From a virus (taxonomy: Duplodnaviria > Caudoviricetes), in the IMG/VR virus record IMGVR_UViG_3300005573_000172, positions 1 through 38,639 of that record: a stretch of 38,639 nt of DNA; one strand, 5' to 3'. This document shows positions 16,097 through 23,886 of this stretch, piece after piece. Position 1 is the stretch's first letter. Each line of letters starts with the position of its first letter. Position numbers and translations under genes: made by a program. The notes below the pieces were generated by a model. It saw nothing but the letters and a program-made list of their open reading frames with translations, had not been told where the DNA came from and made no database searches.

Positions 16097-19000
16097 CTAT
16101 GCCGTAAGCAGCCCGGGGCTTAACTGAAGCGCAGTCATTTCGCGGCGCCCGGCGTTGCTCTTCATAGCTGTAATCGCGCCCTGAGTCACCACCCGCCCGT
16201 TCTGGATGATCACACTGCCAACCGCCGTAGAATCGATTTGGAGCGGAATCACCACCGCGCCAGCATTGGACGCGACGCCGCTGCCAATTCGATCGAGCGA
16301 CGGCAGTCCGCCGAGCCCGGGAAGTGCGGAGCCGTTCTGATACGTAGGCGACTGGAACAGCGAGCCTCCGGTCTGGACCAGAGAGACGGGCGTCACGTTG
16401 CCGGGTATGCCGGTTGCCTTCTGCCCGCTGCTCATGGCGTACAGTTCAACGAGATCTCTGATCTGCGGGCTTCGAATCGCAACGTCGAGGTTGCCACCGA
16501 ATGCCTGCTTAGCAGTCTCCACGATCTGGCGCAGAATACCCTGATCGCTGATATCTACGCCGTAAGTGGCCTTGATTTTCTCGCGGGCTTTCTTTTCGGC
16601 GCTCTTGTGGAAGAGCCCGAACAGCCCGACAAAAGCCCCAATGCCCGCCGCGGCGATCCAACCGACTGGACCGGCGGCCACCAATGCAGGGAACATCGAG
16701 GTCAGCGCACCAAAACCGAGCAGGCCGCTGAACGCACCGAGCCCCGCTCCGCCCACCGCGCCCAAGCCACCGTTCTGCCCGAGTCTGTATGCGCCAGACA
16801 GTCCGAGCAGCGACGCGCCAAGCCCAAGCGGAGCCAGGCTCGACGCGGACCAGCGCGAGACGGATAGCGCCCCAGCAAGTCCCGCTGAGCCGGGGCCACT
16901 TCCAGCGGAGCCAGGGATAAATGGCGGCGTACCCCACCCCCCGGCCGCGCCTCCCGGGATAGGCCCCCCACCAGCGCCTCCGCCCGCTCCGAACACCGGC
17001 ACGGCGCCAATTCCGAGCAGGCTACCGAGACGCCCGAAGATCCCGGTCGCAGACGAGCCGCCCCCGACCATGGACACCGAGGTGCCGGTGAATAGCTGCA
17101 TGAGCATTGCCGCCACGCGGCTGCTCAGCACGTCCTTGATCGCGGTGAGGATCGCAACCTTGAAAGAGTTGCCGATCGCCGACCAGATCGACTGCGACTT
17201 GGTGAGCAGCGTGTCAAATACGCCGCCCGCCTGCTGCTTCAGCGACTCGAAGATCTGCCGGTTGTGATCGCGGATGAGCTCCGCCTGGCGGAGGGCCGCG
17301 TTCTCGCGCGCCGCCTGGATCCCCGCATCCGTGGATTCCTGTTGCTGCTGCCGCAGGTCCTCGCGCTGCTGAGCCAGTTCCCCAATCCGCGCCTGGATCT
17401 CGTCAGCGCGGTAGCCCAGGCGCCGGAGGTTGGCCTCTTCTTCCAGGACCACCCGCGAGGTCTCCAGATCAAACAGCCGCAGCTTGATCTGGTTCACGCG
17501 CTCCAGGTAATCAACCTCGATCTCCATCTTGCGCTGTTCCACCCAGACCTTCTGTTGGAGCGTCTGCGCGTCCGTCGCCTCGACGGCCCGCAACTCAGCA
17601 TCACGCCCATAGCCCGCCCGCTGCTCTTCAAACTGATAAACCTCGGTCAGATGGTCAATGTTCTGCTTTGCGATCTGCTCATCGTTGGCCAACCGCTTCT
17701 GATACAGATCCGACTCCCAAGCCAGCCGCTGCTCATACGCCTCCTGCTGCTCCTTCAGGTAGGCCGCAGCGTCTTCCTTCTCCATCTCGCGCACCTTGGC
17801 GCGCAGTTCGCGCTCGAGGTTCTCGCGGGTCTGCGCAGTCAGACGCATCTGGTGTGCTACGCCGCGATCATCCACGAAAGTCGTGTACTTCGCGATTTGC
17901 TTCTGGATTTCGAGCAGGATCTTCGCCGGGCCGGTAACGGCGCGCGCTTCGGCGGCCAGTGCCGCCTCGAGCGAGTCCCTGTCGATTTCAGCTTGGCGCT
18001 TGCGGATCTCCTGCGCGCGCTTCAATGCATCAATATCGGGCTGGTTGATCGCGCTAACCTTTGGCCCGCCAACGTCGAACGACTCGCCGGGCGAGATCGG
18101 TTTACCGGCGACCAGCGCGCGGATCTGATCATCGGTCATGCCTCGCTTCCGCAGGTCGTCCACTTTGACCTTGCCTTTGAACAGATCCTCGCGCAGAGCC
18201 TCCTTCTCCATCGCATCGGCGCGCGCCTGGAGTTGTTCCTGCGTGCCCTTCCAGTTCGAATACAGGATGGCGCCGGCCGCAAGCACGCCGGTGGCGAGCA
18301 GTGCAAACGGATTCAGGCTGGCCAGTCTGAGCGCGGCGATGGATTTGGCCAGTTCCATGATCTTCGTCGCCAGCCCATAGGTAGCGAGAATCCCGGCGAC
18401 CCACAAGGCTGTCTCGCCGAACTTCACCAGCAGATCGGTGTTGTCTTTCAGCCACCCGACCAGATCGCGGAACGCCTGCACGGTGGCCTTGAACGCATCC
18501 TGGAACTGGGCCCCCATGGCTTCCCGCAATTCGACCACCTCGCGGCCTAATTCCTGCATCTGAAATTCGGCGGTTTCGACTGCTCCCGCGTGGGCCCCCT
18601 GGATCGCGGCCGCCGCCTGCACCACTGCGTTGTACCGAAGTTGGACCTTCTCGTTGTCGGAAAGCGTGCGGCCAAGCTGAAGCTCCCGGATCTGGATTTC
18701 TTTCTCGAAATCAACCCGAAGGCCAGCAGCCCGCAGTGCTCGGGCGTTTCCGAACTCGATGGCCTGAAGAATCTTCTCCAGAGCCTCTCCTGGAGCAAGG
18801 TTCTCAATGGCGGCGGCGTCTTTCGCAATCTTGGCCAATCCCTGGGCTCTGGACAAATCGAGATCAGCCACGATCATCCGGTCGATAGTGTGAATGGCTT
18901 CTTCGCCATGGAAGCCGATCTTGCGGACTGCCTCCACCGCTTCATCGAACGCCCCGGCCAAGATCCCATGCGCCTTGGCAAGCGCCCGCCCGGAGGCTTC

Positions 19001-19273
19001 GAGTTTGATCTCGTGCGCGGCCATGTTTGCCGCTTCGACGGTCCAGCCCTTTACCGACTCGATGGCCTGCTTGATCGCATCCGCGAGGAGATTGCCGGCT
19101 GTGGCTCCCTTCACCATGCTCATGGTCATGCCGTCGATTCCCTGCGAGGCGCCACGCGCGCTCTTCGCCGCCGCGGCTTCCATGCTCGACAAGCTCGCAT
19201 TGACGCTCTTGATGGACGCATTGGCCCGGTTCGCATCAACTTCGACGACGAGCTCGAGCTTGTTGTCTGCCAT
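16097..19273 (-). CDS. Tape measure protein
   Basis: 1058 aa, helical Ala/Glu/Gln-rich with hydrophobic and Gly-rich segments; follows the chaperone pair. Confidence 0.93.
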   Translation of the reverse strand: MADNKLELVVEVDANRANASIKSVNASLSSMEAAAAKSARGASQGIDGMTMSMVKGATAGNLLADAIKQAIESVKGWTVEAANMAAHEIKLEASGRALAKAHGILAGAFDEAVEAVRKIGFHGEEAIHTIDRMIVADLDLSRAQGLAKIAKDAAAIENLAPGEALEKILQAIEFGNARALRAAGLRVDFEKEIQIRELQLGRTLSDNEKVQLRYNAVVQAAAAIQGAHAGAVETAEFQMQELGREVVELREAMGAQFQDAFKATVQAFRDLVGWLKDNTDLLVKFGETALWVAGILATYGLATKIMELAKSIAALRLASLNPFALLATGVLAAGAILYSNWKGTQEQLQARADAMEKEALREDLFKGKVKVDDLRKRGMTDDQIRALVAGKPISPGESFDVGGPKVSAINQPDIDALKRAQEIRKRQAEIDRDSLEAALAAEARAVTGPAKILLEIQKQIAKYTTFVDDRGVAHQMRLTAQTRENLERELRAKVREMEKEDAAAYLKEQQEAYEQRLAWESDLYQKRLANDEQIAKQNIDHLTEVYQFEEQRAGYGRDAELRAVEATDAQTLQQKVWVEQRKMEIEVDYLERVNQIKLRLFDLETSRVVLEEEANLRRLGYRADEIQARIGELAQQREDLRQQQQESTDAGIQAARENAALRQAELIRDHNRQIFESLKQQAGGVFDTLLTKSQSIWSAIGNSFKVAILTAIKDVLSSRVAAMLMQLFTGTSVSMVGGGSSATGIFGRLGSLLGIGAVPVFGAGGGAGGGPIPGGAAGGWGTPPFIPGSAGSGPGSAGLAGALSVSRWSASSLAPLGLGASLLGLSGAYRLGQNGGLGAVGGAGLGAFSGLLGFGALTSMFPALVAAGPVGWIAAAGIGAFVGLFGLFHKSAEKKAREKIKATYGVDISDQGILRQIVETAKQAFGGNLDVAIRSPQIRDLVELYAMSSGQKATGIPGNVTPVSLVQTGGSLFQSPTYQNGSALPGLGGLPSLDRIGSGVASNAGAVVIPLQIDSTAVGSVIIQNGRVVTQGAITAMKSNAGRREMTALQLSPGLLTA

Positions 19274-19283
19274 GATTGCCTAC

Positions 19284-19313
19284 TTGACTTGCTCCGGGCT
19301 GTCGTGGTATAGC
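19284..19313 (+). promoter_or_regulatory. Putative moron promoter TTGACT-N18-TATAGC with extended -10 TG
   Basis: TTGACT 19284-19289, TG 19305-19306, TATAGC 19308-19313, just upstream of ATG 19323. Confidence 0.5.
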
Positions 19314-19322
19314 AAAAGAGCC

Positions 19323-19604
19323 ATGAAATGCCCGGCTTGCGGTCTTGAAAACGTCCCTTCTGCGGAGTGGTGCGACTGCGGATATGCTTTCGCCGATCGA
19401 CCGCCGCGAACCTCGGCAACTCCGGAAAAAACCTGCGACATGTGCAAGAAACCGATTCCGCCAGGAGCGGTGATATGCCCCTATTTCCGCGCGCCAATGG
19501 GCTGGCGGGCCGGCTTGAATCTATGCCTTGTAACCATTGCCGCGGTCGCAACGGCCATCATGCTTTACTACTCCGTGTTAGTTGTTTCCCCCCTGATCAG
19601 ATAA
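19323..19604 (+). CDS. Double zinc-ribbon membrane protein (moron, 93 aa)
   Basis: MKCPACG...CDCG...CDMC...CPYF then a C-terminal TM helix; opposite strand within the tail operon. Confidence 0.75.
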   Translation: MKCPACGLENVPSAEWCDCGYAFADRPPRTSATPEKTCDMCKKPIPPGAVICPYFRAPMGWRAGLNLCLVTIAAVATAIMLYYSVLVVSPLIR

Positions 19605-19916
19605 GCGCTCGCGCTCCATCTGGTCGTGCTCCTCCTCGACCACGAGCATGGCGTAAAACTCGTCTGCCCGAACCTCATCCAAGCCAACCCGCAATCCGAG
19701 CTTGAGTGCTGCCCGGAGATCCAGCGCGCGGCGAATCAGCAGGCCCGCGGCCGAGTACTGAGCCGCATCGAGCATGTCCAGCGGGCAATGATCGCACCGG
19801 CCGCCATCCTCGTCGGGAGCGTCAGGACAGATCCCCGGGTCACAGAGTTCTTCGCGGCGCAGCGACCAATGCACCAAAAAACGCAGGGAGGGCTTTTCGG
19901 GCCACTCCCTGCTCAT
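19578..19916 (-). CDS. Tail assembly chaperone gpT-like segment (reached by -1 frameshift)
   Basis: In the -1 frame relative to the upstream gene at the slippery site; lies between chaperone and TMP. Confidence 0.85.
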   Translation of the reverse strand: MSREWPEKPSLRFLVHWSLRREELCDPGICPDAPDEDGGRCDHCPLDMLDAAQYSAAGLLIRRALDLRAALKLGLRVGLDEVRADEFYAMLVVEEEHDQMERERLSDQGGNN

Positions 19917-19925
19917 CAGTTTGGG
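19876..19925 (-). promoter_or_regulatory. Programmed -1 frameshift signal: C CCA AAC + 6-nt spacer + hairpin
   Basis: X XXY YYZ heptamer at 19919..19925 just before TGA; stem GCAGGGAG/CTCCCTGC at 19883..19912. Confidence 0.88.
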
Positions 19926-20524
19926 CCCGGCCCATCCTGGAGCCCAGCGTCCAGCGCATCGATCGCGGCCTTCACCGCAACCGCCTGGTGAATGATCGGC
20001 GCCTCCCCGTCCCCCGCATATCCCTCAGTCGAAACCACCAGTTTCTTGTACAAAGCGCCAGCGGCCGCCAGGTTGATGGTAAGCTCCTGGCGATTGTATG
20101 GCAGATCGAGCACCCGCGCGAAGCCACGGCGGTATTCGAAGACATCCTTGGCCGAGGGCATCCGCAGCATGTGGCTCACTGTGCCGCCCAGGACGCGCAG
20201 CGTGACACGGAAGGCATCGCCCGCTTGGACCACGTCGTCCACCTCTGCCTGGCTCAATTGCTCGATGATGCGGCTCGCCTCGAACGGATCGACGTCTGAC
20301 GCAGCGCCTTCCTGCACGCGGATCTTGGCGAGTAGCGCGGCGTCGACGTCCTCCGTATTGCCGAGGATCGTTTCCGATACGCCGCGCCCCAGTTGCTTGA
20401 TCGTGATCTTGCGTCGCCGCTGCCGGTCGGTCCACTCGTCATCCGTTGGAAATCGCACCTCGATCGATTTCACACCCTCTGGCGTACGGAGATGAACGGT
20501 AATGGGTTGCTTTGCATCAAACAT
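19916..20524 (-). CDS. Tail assembly chaperone gpG-like (202 aa, MFDAKQP...)
   Basis: GAGGAG RBS before ATG 20524; between tail tube and TMP; ends in the slippery site. Confidence 0.85.
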   Translation of the reverse strand: MFDAKQPITVHLRTPEGVKSIEVRFPTDDEWTDRQRRRKITIKQLGRGVSETILGNTEDVDAALLAKIRVQEGAASDVDPFEASRIIEQLSQAEVDDVVQAGDAFRVTLRVLGGTVSHMLRMPSAKDVFEYRRGFARVLDLPYNRQELTINLAAAGALYKKLVVSTEGYAGDGEAPIIHQAVAVKAAIDALDAGLQDGPGPN

Positions 20525-20535
20525 TCGGCTCCTCT

Positions 20536-21576
20536 CTATTGCGCGATCCCGTCGATGTTGCACTTGGCAACAGCCGAAACGACCCCGTTCGTAGCGTCCC
20601 ACATGGGCAAACAGTCGACCGAGACTGTTACAATGCCGTCCGTCTCGCCCACCTCGGCCGCGGAGAAAGCAACCTTCTGCCATGTGATCGCCAGCGAGTT
20701 GTTGGTGTCGTAAGTGAGCGTGATGGTCGCCGTTCCAGTGGTCTGGGCTTTGAGTTTGGTGAGCTCGGTCGAGCCATTCTCGAATCCGGCGACGAACCGC
20801 AGCGTGCCCTGGCGGTTTCCGAACAGTAGCCGCCCACGGATCGCGCCGCTCGTGGCGTCACCTGACGCCTGGAATCCGGAGCCCGGGTAAAAACCTTCGT
20901 CGGGCTTCAGGTTGTTCTTCCAGCCCGTCTCAAGTGAGATGATGTTCTTGTTCGCGACGTAGTCCACCCCGTTGATCGTAAGCGCCAGCGACGCTGAAAG
21001 CAGTGTTTTCTCTACGGTGGCTGCCGGAACAGTGATCCCGGATGGCTCGGTGTACTTGCCCGAGCCAATGAACTCGACGGTGATCTTGCTGTTGGCGCGC
21101 CCCGGCCCGCGCCCGAGCGCGATCGTCCATCCCTCGACGGCACAGCCCACGGCCATGCGGTCGAGCACCACGCCAGCGCCCGGACGGATTTGCTCAATGA
21201 AACTGAAGTAGGGCAGCTCCGCGGAATCCCCGTTCGCCGGCACCAGTGGCGTGCAAGTGTAAGTGAAGTTCGGCGTCGTGCCCGACTTCACTACCTTGCC
21301 CAATCCGAACGCCATGGCCCAGGCGCCAATCTCGGCGCTCAGATACTTCTCAAGCGTCCCGGTGACGTCCCAGGACGTCTGGAAAGATTGGGTGGCGAAC
21401 TCGTGTCCCTTGCCGTACTCCTCAGCGTCGTTTTCGGTGTTGAGCTTCGGGTTGGCAAGCCCGGCGTTCAGCTTGCGAAGCTGCCACATCGTCCCGACGG
21501 TGTTCGGGGTCGCGATGTCGGTCTGCTTGCCCTTACCGAAGCAGATCAGAATTTCCTGCATCCGTGCTACGGACAT
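20536..21576 (-). CDS. Major tail tube protein
   Basis: 346 aa, Thr/Gly-rich beta protein in the canonical position; GGAGG RBS. Confidence 0.82.
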   Translation of the reverse strand: MSVARMQEILICFGKGKQTDIATPNTVGTMWQLRKLNAGLANPKLNTENDAEEYGKGHEFATQSFQTSWDVTGTLEKYLSAEIGAWAMAFGLGKVVKSGTTPNFTYTCTPLVPANGDSAELPYFSFIEQIRPGAGVVLDRMAVGCAVEGWTIALGRGPGRANSKITVEFIGSGKYTEPSGITVPAATVEKTLLSASLALTINGVDYVANKNIISLETGWKNNLKPDEGFYPGSGFQASGDATSGAIRGRLLFGNRQGTLRFVAGFENGSTELTKLKAQTTGTATITLTYDTNNSLAITWQKVAFSAAEVGETDGIVTVSVDCLPMWDATNGVVSAVAKCNIDGIAQ

Positions 21577-21700
21577 CAGGCGTTACCTCCTCTTGTTTTT
21601 GCTGCCAACCCCGAATCATGAGCGGCACGAGCACATCGGGGCTGGCATCGACCTCGCGCGCCTCGCCGTCGGGCGAAATCATAATTACCTTGTCATTCAT
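21533..21700 (-). CDS. Small hypothetical protein (55 aa, not in the ORF track)
   Basis: MNDKVIMISPDGEAREVDASPDVLVPLMIRGWQQ...; start overlaps the upstream stop; GGAG RBS. Confidence 0.65.
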   Translation of the reverse strand: MNDKVIMISPDGEAREVDASPDVLVPLMIRGWQQKQEEVTPDVRSTDAGNSDLLR

Positions 21701-22163
21701 CTCCCATCTCCGTGAAAGCCAGGGATACCTCGAAGTAATCGAGCCCCTCTGCGTCTGTCTGTCGCTCGATCGATGGGGGATCCATCGGATAGCATGACGA
21801 GTGGACAGTTGCGTTCGACATCGGCACGCCGAGCGATGCTGGCACGCCCTTGTAGATCAGATTGAACAGCTTGTAGTAGGCCGTCGGCGGGGTCTCTGTC
21901 GTCTCGCGCGCGCGTAAGTACAAGCTGAGTTGGTGGCGCCAGACATCCACGCCGCCGAAACTTCCCGGTGCCGTGCCCCGCCAAGCAACCATGATCGACG
22001 GCGCGGGCATCTCGTGGATTGCTGTAACGAGGCTCGATCGCTTCGGATAGTGATCATGGTAGGCGTAGACGCGAGTCGAATCTCCGTCCATCTCGGTTAC
22101 GAGGTCAGCAATGCCGCGCAACAGGGTGACCAGATTGTCGATCAGAACACTCGGGTCGATCAA
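21693..22163 (-). CDS. Tail terminator (gpU-like)
   Basis: Position before the tail tube, 156 aa, P.I.V.W...L..Y alpha/beta pattern. Confidence 0.65.
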   Translation of the reverse strand: MIDPSVLIDNLVTLLRGIADLVTEMDGDSTRVYAYHDHYPKRSSLVTAIHEMPAPSIMVAWRGTAPGSFGGVDVWRHQLSLYLRARETTETPPTAYYKLFNLIYKGVPASLGVPMSNATVHSSCYPMDPPSIERQTDAEGLDYFEVSLAFTEMGDE

Positions 22164-22762
22164 TTTCTTTTCCTCGCCTGCCAGTTACCGAAGTCAATTA
22201 CGCGCGAGTGATCGCAGGGAACAAAGTATCGCCAGGGCAACAGCGGATAGGGCTCAAGCTCCGCAAAGTGCCGCCCTAATCGCTCCTCGATACGATAGAC
22301 TGTGTGAAAGAACGACCCCCGATCGAGGCCACCCCGCACCGCGTTCACGCAGTCGCGCCATTCACGGCCTTCCACGTGATGGGCGAAGAAAACATCCGCC
22401 TCCAGCGTCGAGAGCATCTGGCGCGCCTGTATCTCCACGTCTGCAACGTAATCCTCGTGCGGAGTCCAGACATTAAGTTCTCCATGCCGCTTGCGCCCGT
22501 TCGGCAAGTATCCATGCGCGATAAACATCGTGCGCAGCCCGGAGTGCGCGCGACACTGGTGATATTTGCCCAGCACTGCACGGAAACAGTAGCGATAAAC
22601 GCAAGCACAAACCGTCTGTCCGGCCTGAACATTCCTCACGCCGGTGCCCCCGCACAACGAGCAATTGCTGGAGGCATAGACAAGACAATCCCGAGGCGAC
22701 CACTGCTTACCCGTAACGCTTCTGACCTGTTGATTGAAATCAACAGCCAGCGCCGCGCTCAT
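22160..22762 (-). CDS. Zn-finger + sigma4/HTH-like putative transcription regulator (200 aa)
   Basis: CSLCGGTG...CAC; then LSTLEADVF..HHVEG.EW..C....LDRGSFFHTVYRIEERLG; start ATGA-coupled at 22762. Confidence 0.65.
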   Translation of the reverse strand: MSAALAVDFNQQVRSVTGKQWSPRDCLVYASSNCSLCGGTGVRNVQAGQTVCACVYRYCFRAVLGKYHQCRAHSGLRTMFIAHGYLPNGRKRHGELNVWTPHEDYVADVEIQARQMLSTLEADVFFAHHVEGREWRDCVNAVRGGLDRGSFFHTVYRIEERLGRHFAELEPYPLLPWRYFVPCDHSRVIDFGNWQARKRN

Positions 22763-23214
22763 TGCTGCCTTGCCCCCAATGCGCCCTCGAGCAGCAACCG
22801 CTTCTTGATTTCGGCGAGTATGCGCCTGGCCGCCTCTGCGGTCGCTGCCCGGTTCTTGGGAGAGAATACCATCCACTCCTCGATCCTCTGATTGAATCGA
22901 CCTTTGCGCTGCTCCTTGCGCGAGGTAAGCGCTGCCTTGGCCCGGTTGTCGCTCACCGTGCGTACCTGGAAGTTGCGCAGCATGTCGCCGGTGAGTTCAA
23001 GGTTCCGCCGGTTGCCCCTGCCCAACTTCGTCTTCTGAATCGCGTAACGCTTGGTGAGCGGCTTCGCTGGCGCGTCCTCGGGGCCTTGGGCGGCGGCCAG
23101 CCGGTTCTTCACCGCCGCCACTCCGACATTACCCAGCTTGAACATTTCCTGCTGCTTGAAATTCAGTAAATCAAACCGCAGTTGTTTCTTCTGGTAGACG
23201 CGGACGCTGGGCAT
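22759..23214 (-). CDS. Tail completion/virion morphogenesis protein
   Basis: Basic; KPLTKRY...K......NL.LTG.ML motif; neck region. Confidence 0.78.
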   Translation of the reverse strand: MPSVRVYQKKQLRFDLLNFKQQEMFKLGNVGVAAVKNRLAAAQGPEDAPAKPLTKRYAIQKTKLGRGNRRNLELTGDMLRNFQVRTVSDNRAKAALTSRKEQRKGRFNQRIEEWMVFSPKNRAATAEAARRILAEIKKRLLLEGALGARQQ

Positions 23215-23217
23215 GGA

Positions 23218-23511
23218 TCAGTCCTTACGGAGTCTGAGTAGGGCGGCCCCGCTGACGTCCGTCTCGGTTGCGAACAGCTTGTACTGCGCGCCACCGACCT
23301 GCACCTTGTCTCCAAGGACCGGCGCCGCCGGCAAATCCTCCGGATGAACAAACAGGACAGCGTAGACTCCCGGCGCCGCGTCTTCGGCCTCGTGCACGGC
23401 CTGGAATACGCCGCGGACCGAAACCTGCCCACCAGCCGTCGGCAGATAGACAATGTCACTGCCGAAGGCCGTCAGGCAGGCTCGATCCATGCTCGCGAAG
23501 TCCTGGAGCAT
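23218..23511 (-). CDS. Head-tail joining protein (gpFII-like)
   Basis: FG..I.Y.P..G....V.GVF...P..GD.V.V.G..Y pattern. Confidence 0.82.
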   Translation of the reverse strand: MLQDFASMDRACLTAFGSDIVYLPTAGGQVSVRGVFQAVHEAEDAAPGVYAVLFVHPEDLPAAPVLGDKVQVGGAQYKLFATETDVSGAALLRLRKD

Positions 23512-23512
23512 C

Positions 23513-23860
23513 TCAGTTCGCCAGCAGGACGTTGATGGTTCCGGTGCCGCCGCTGCTCACGGTGCCCAGGGCGTAACCGAAGAAGGCACCAGTGTTCTTC
23601 TTGCTCAGCTTCGGCGTGTCGGCGTCGACGTAGTAGATCTTGTCTCCGACCGCTACCGCCGAGTTTCCGCCGCCGTCCACTCCTTTTACGGAAACGGAAA
23701 CGACGCCGTCGGTCCGGACCACCGTGTTGCCATCGCTCTGCTTCGCAGCAACGGCAACTCCGCAAAAGGCGCCGATGCGAACCGGGTCGCCGGATGCCGG
23801 AGTTGCCGGATCGCTGACCGCAATCGTCAGCGTCTCGGGTTCTTGTACGAAATTCTTCAT
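23513..23860 (-). CDS. DUF2190 capsid decoration/cement protein
   Basis: MKNFVQ...SGDPV.IG...GVA...GV..V...VGDKIY...G.A pattern, after the capsid gene. Confidence 0.9.
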   Translation of the reverse strand: MKNFVQEPETLTIAVSDPATPASGDPVRIGAFCGVAVAAKQSDGNTVVRTDGVVSVSVKGVDGGGNSAVAVGDKIYYVDADTPKLSKKNTGAFFGYALGTVSSGGTGTINVLLAN

Positions 23861-23886
23861 GTTGTCCTCCTCTTTTCTCCCTGGGA

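Noticed and set aside
19916-20683. Longest-ORF starts in the track (also 160..663, 3614..4114, 22160..22876, 31611..32369, 37991..38560)
   Set aside because: They overlap upstream genes; internal starts with RBS or ATGA coupling fit better
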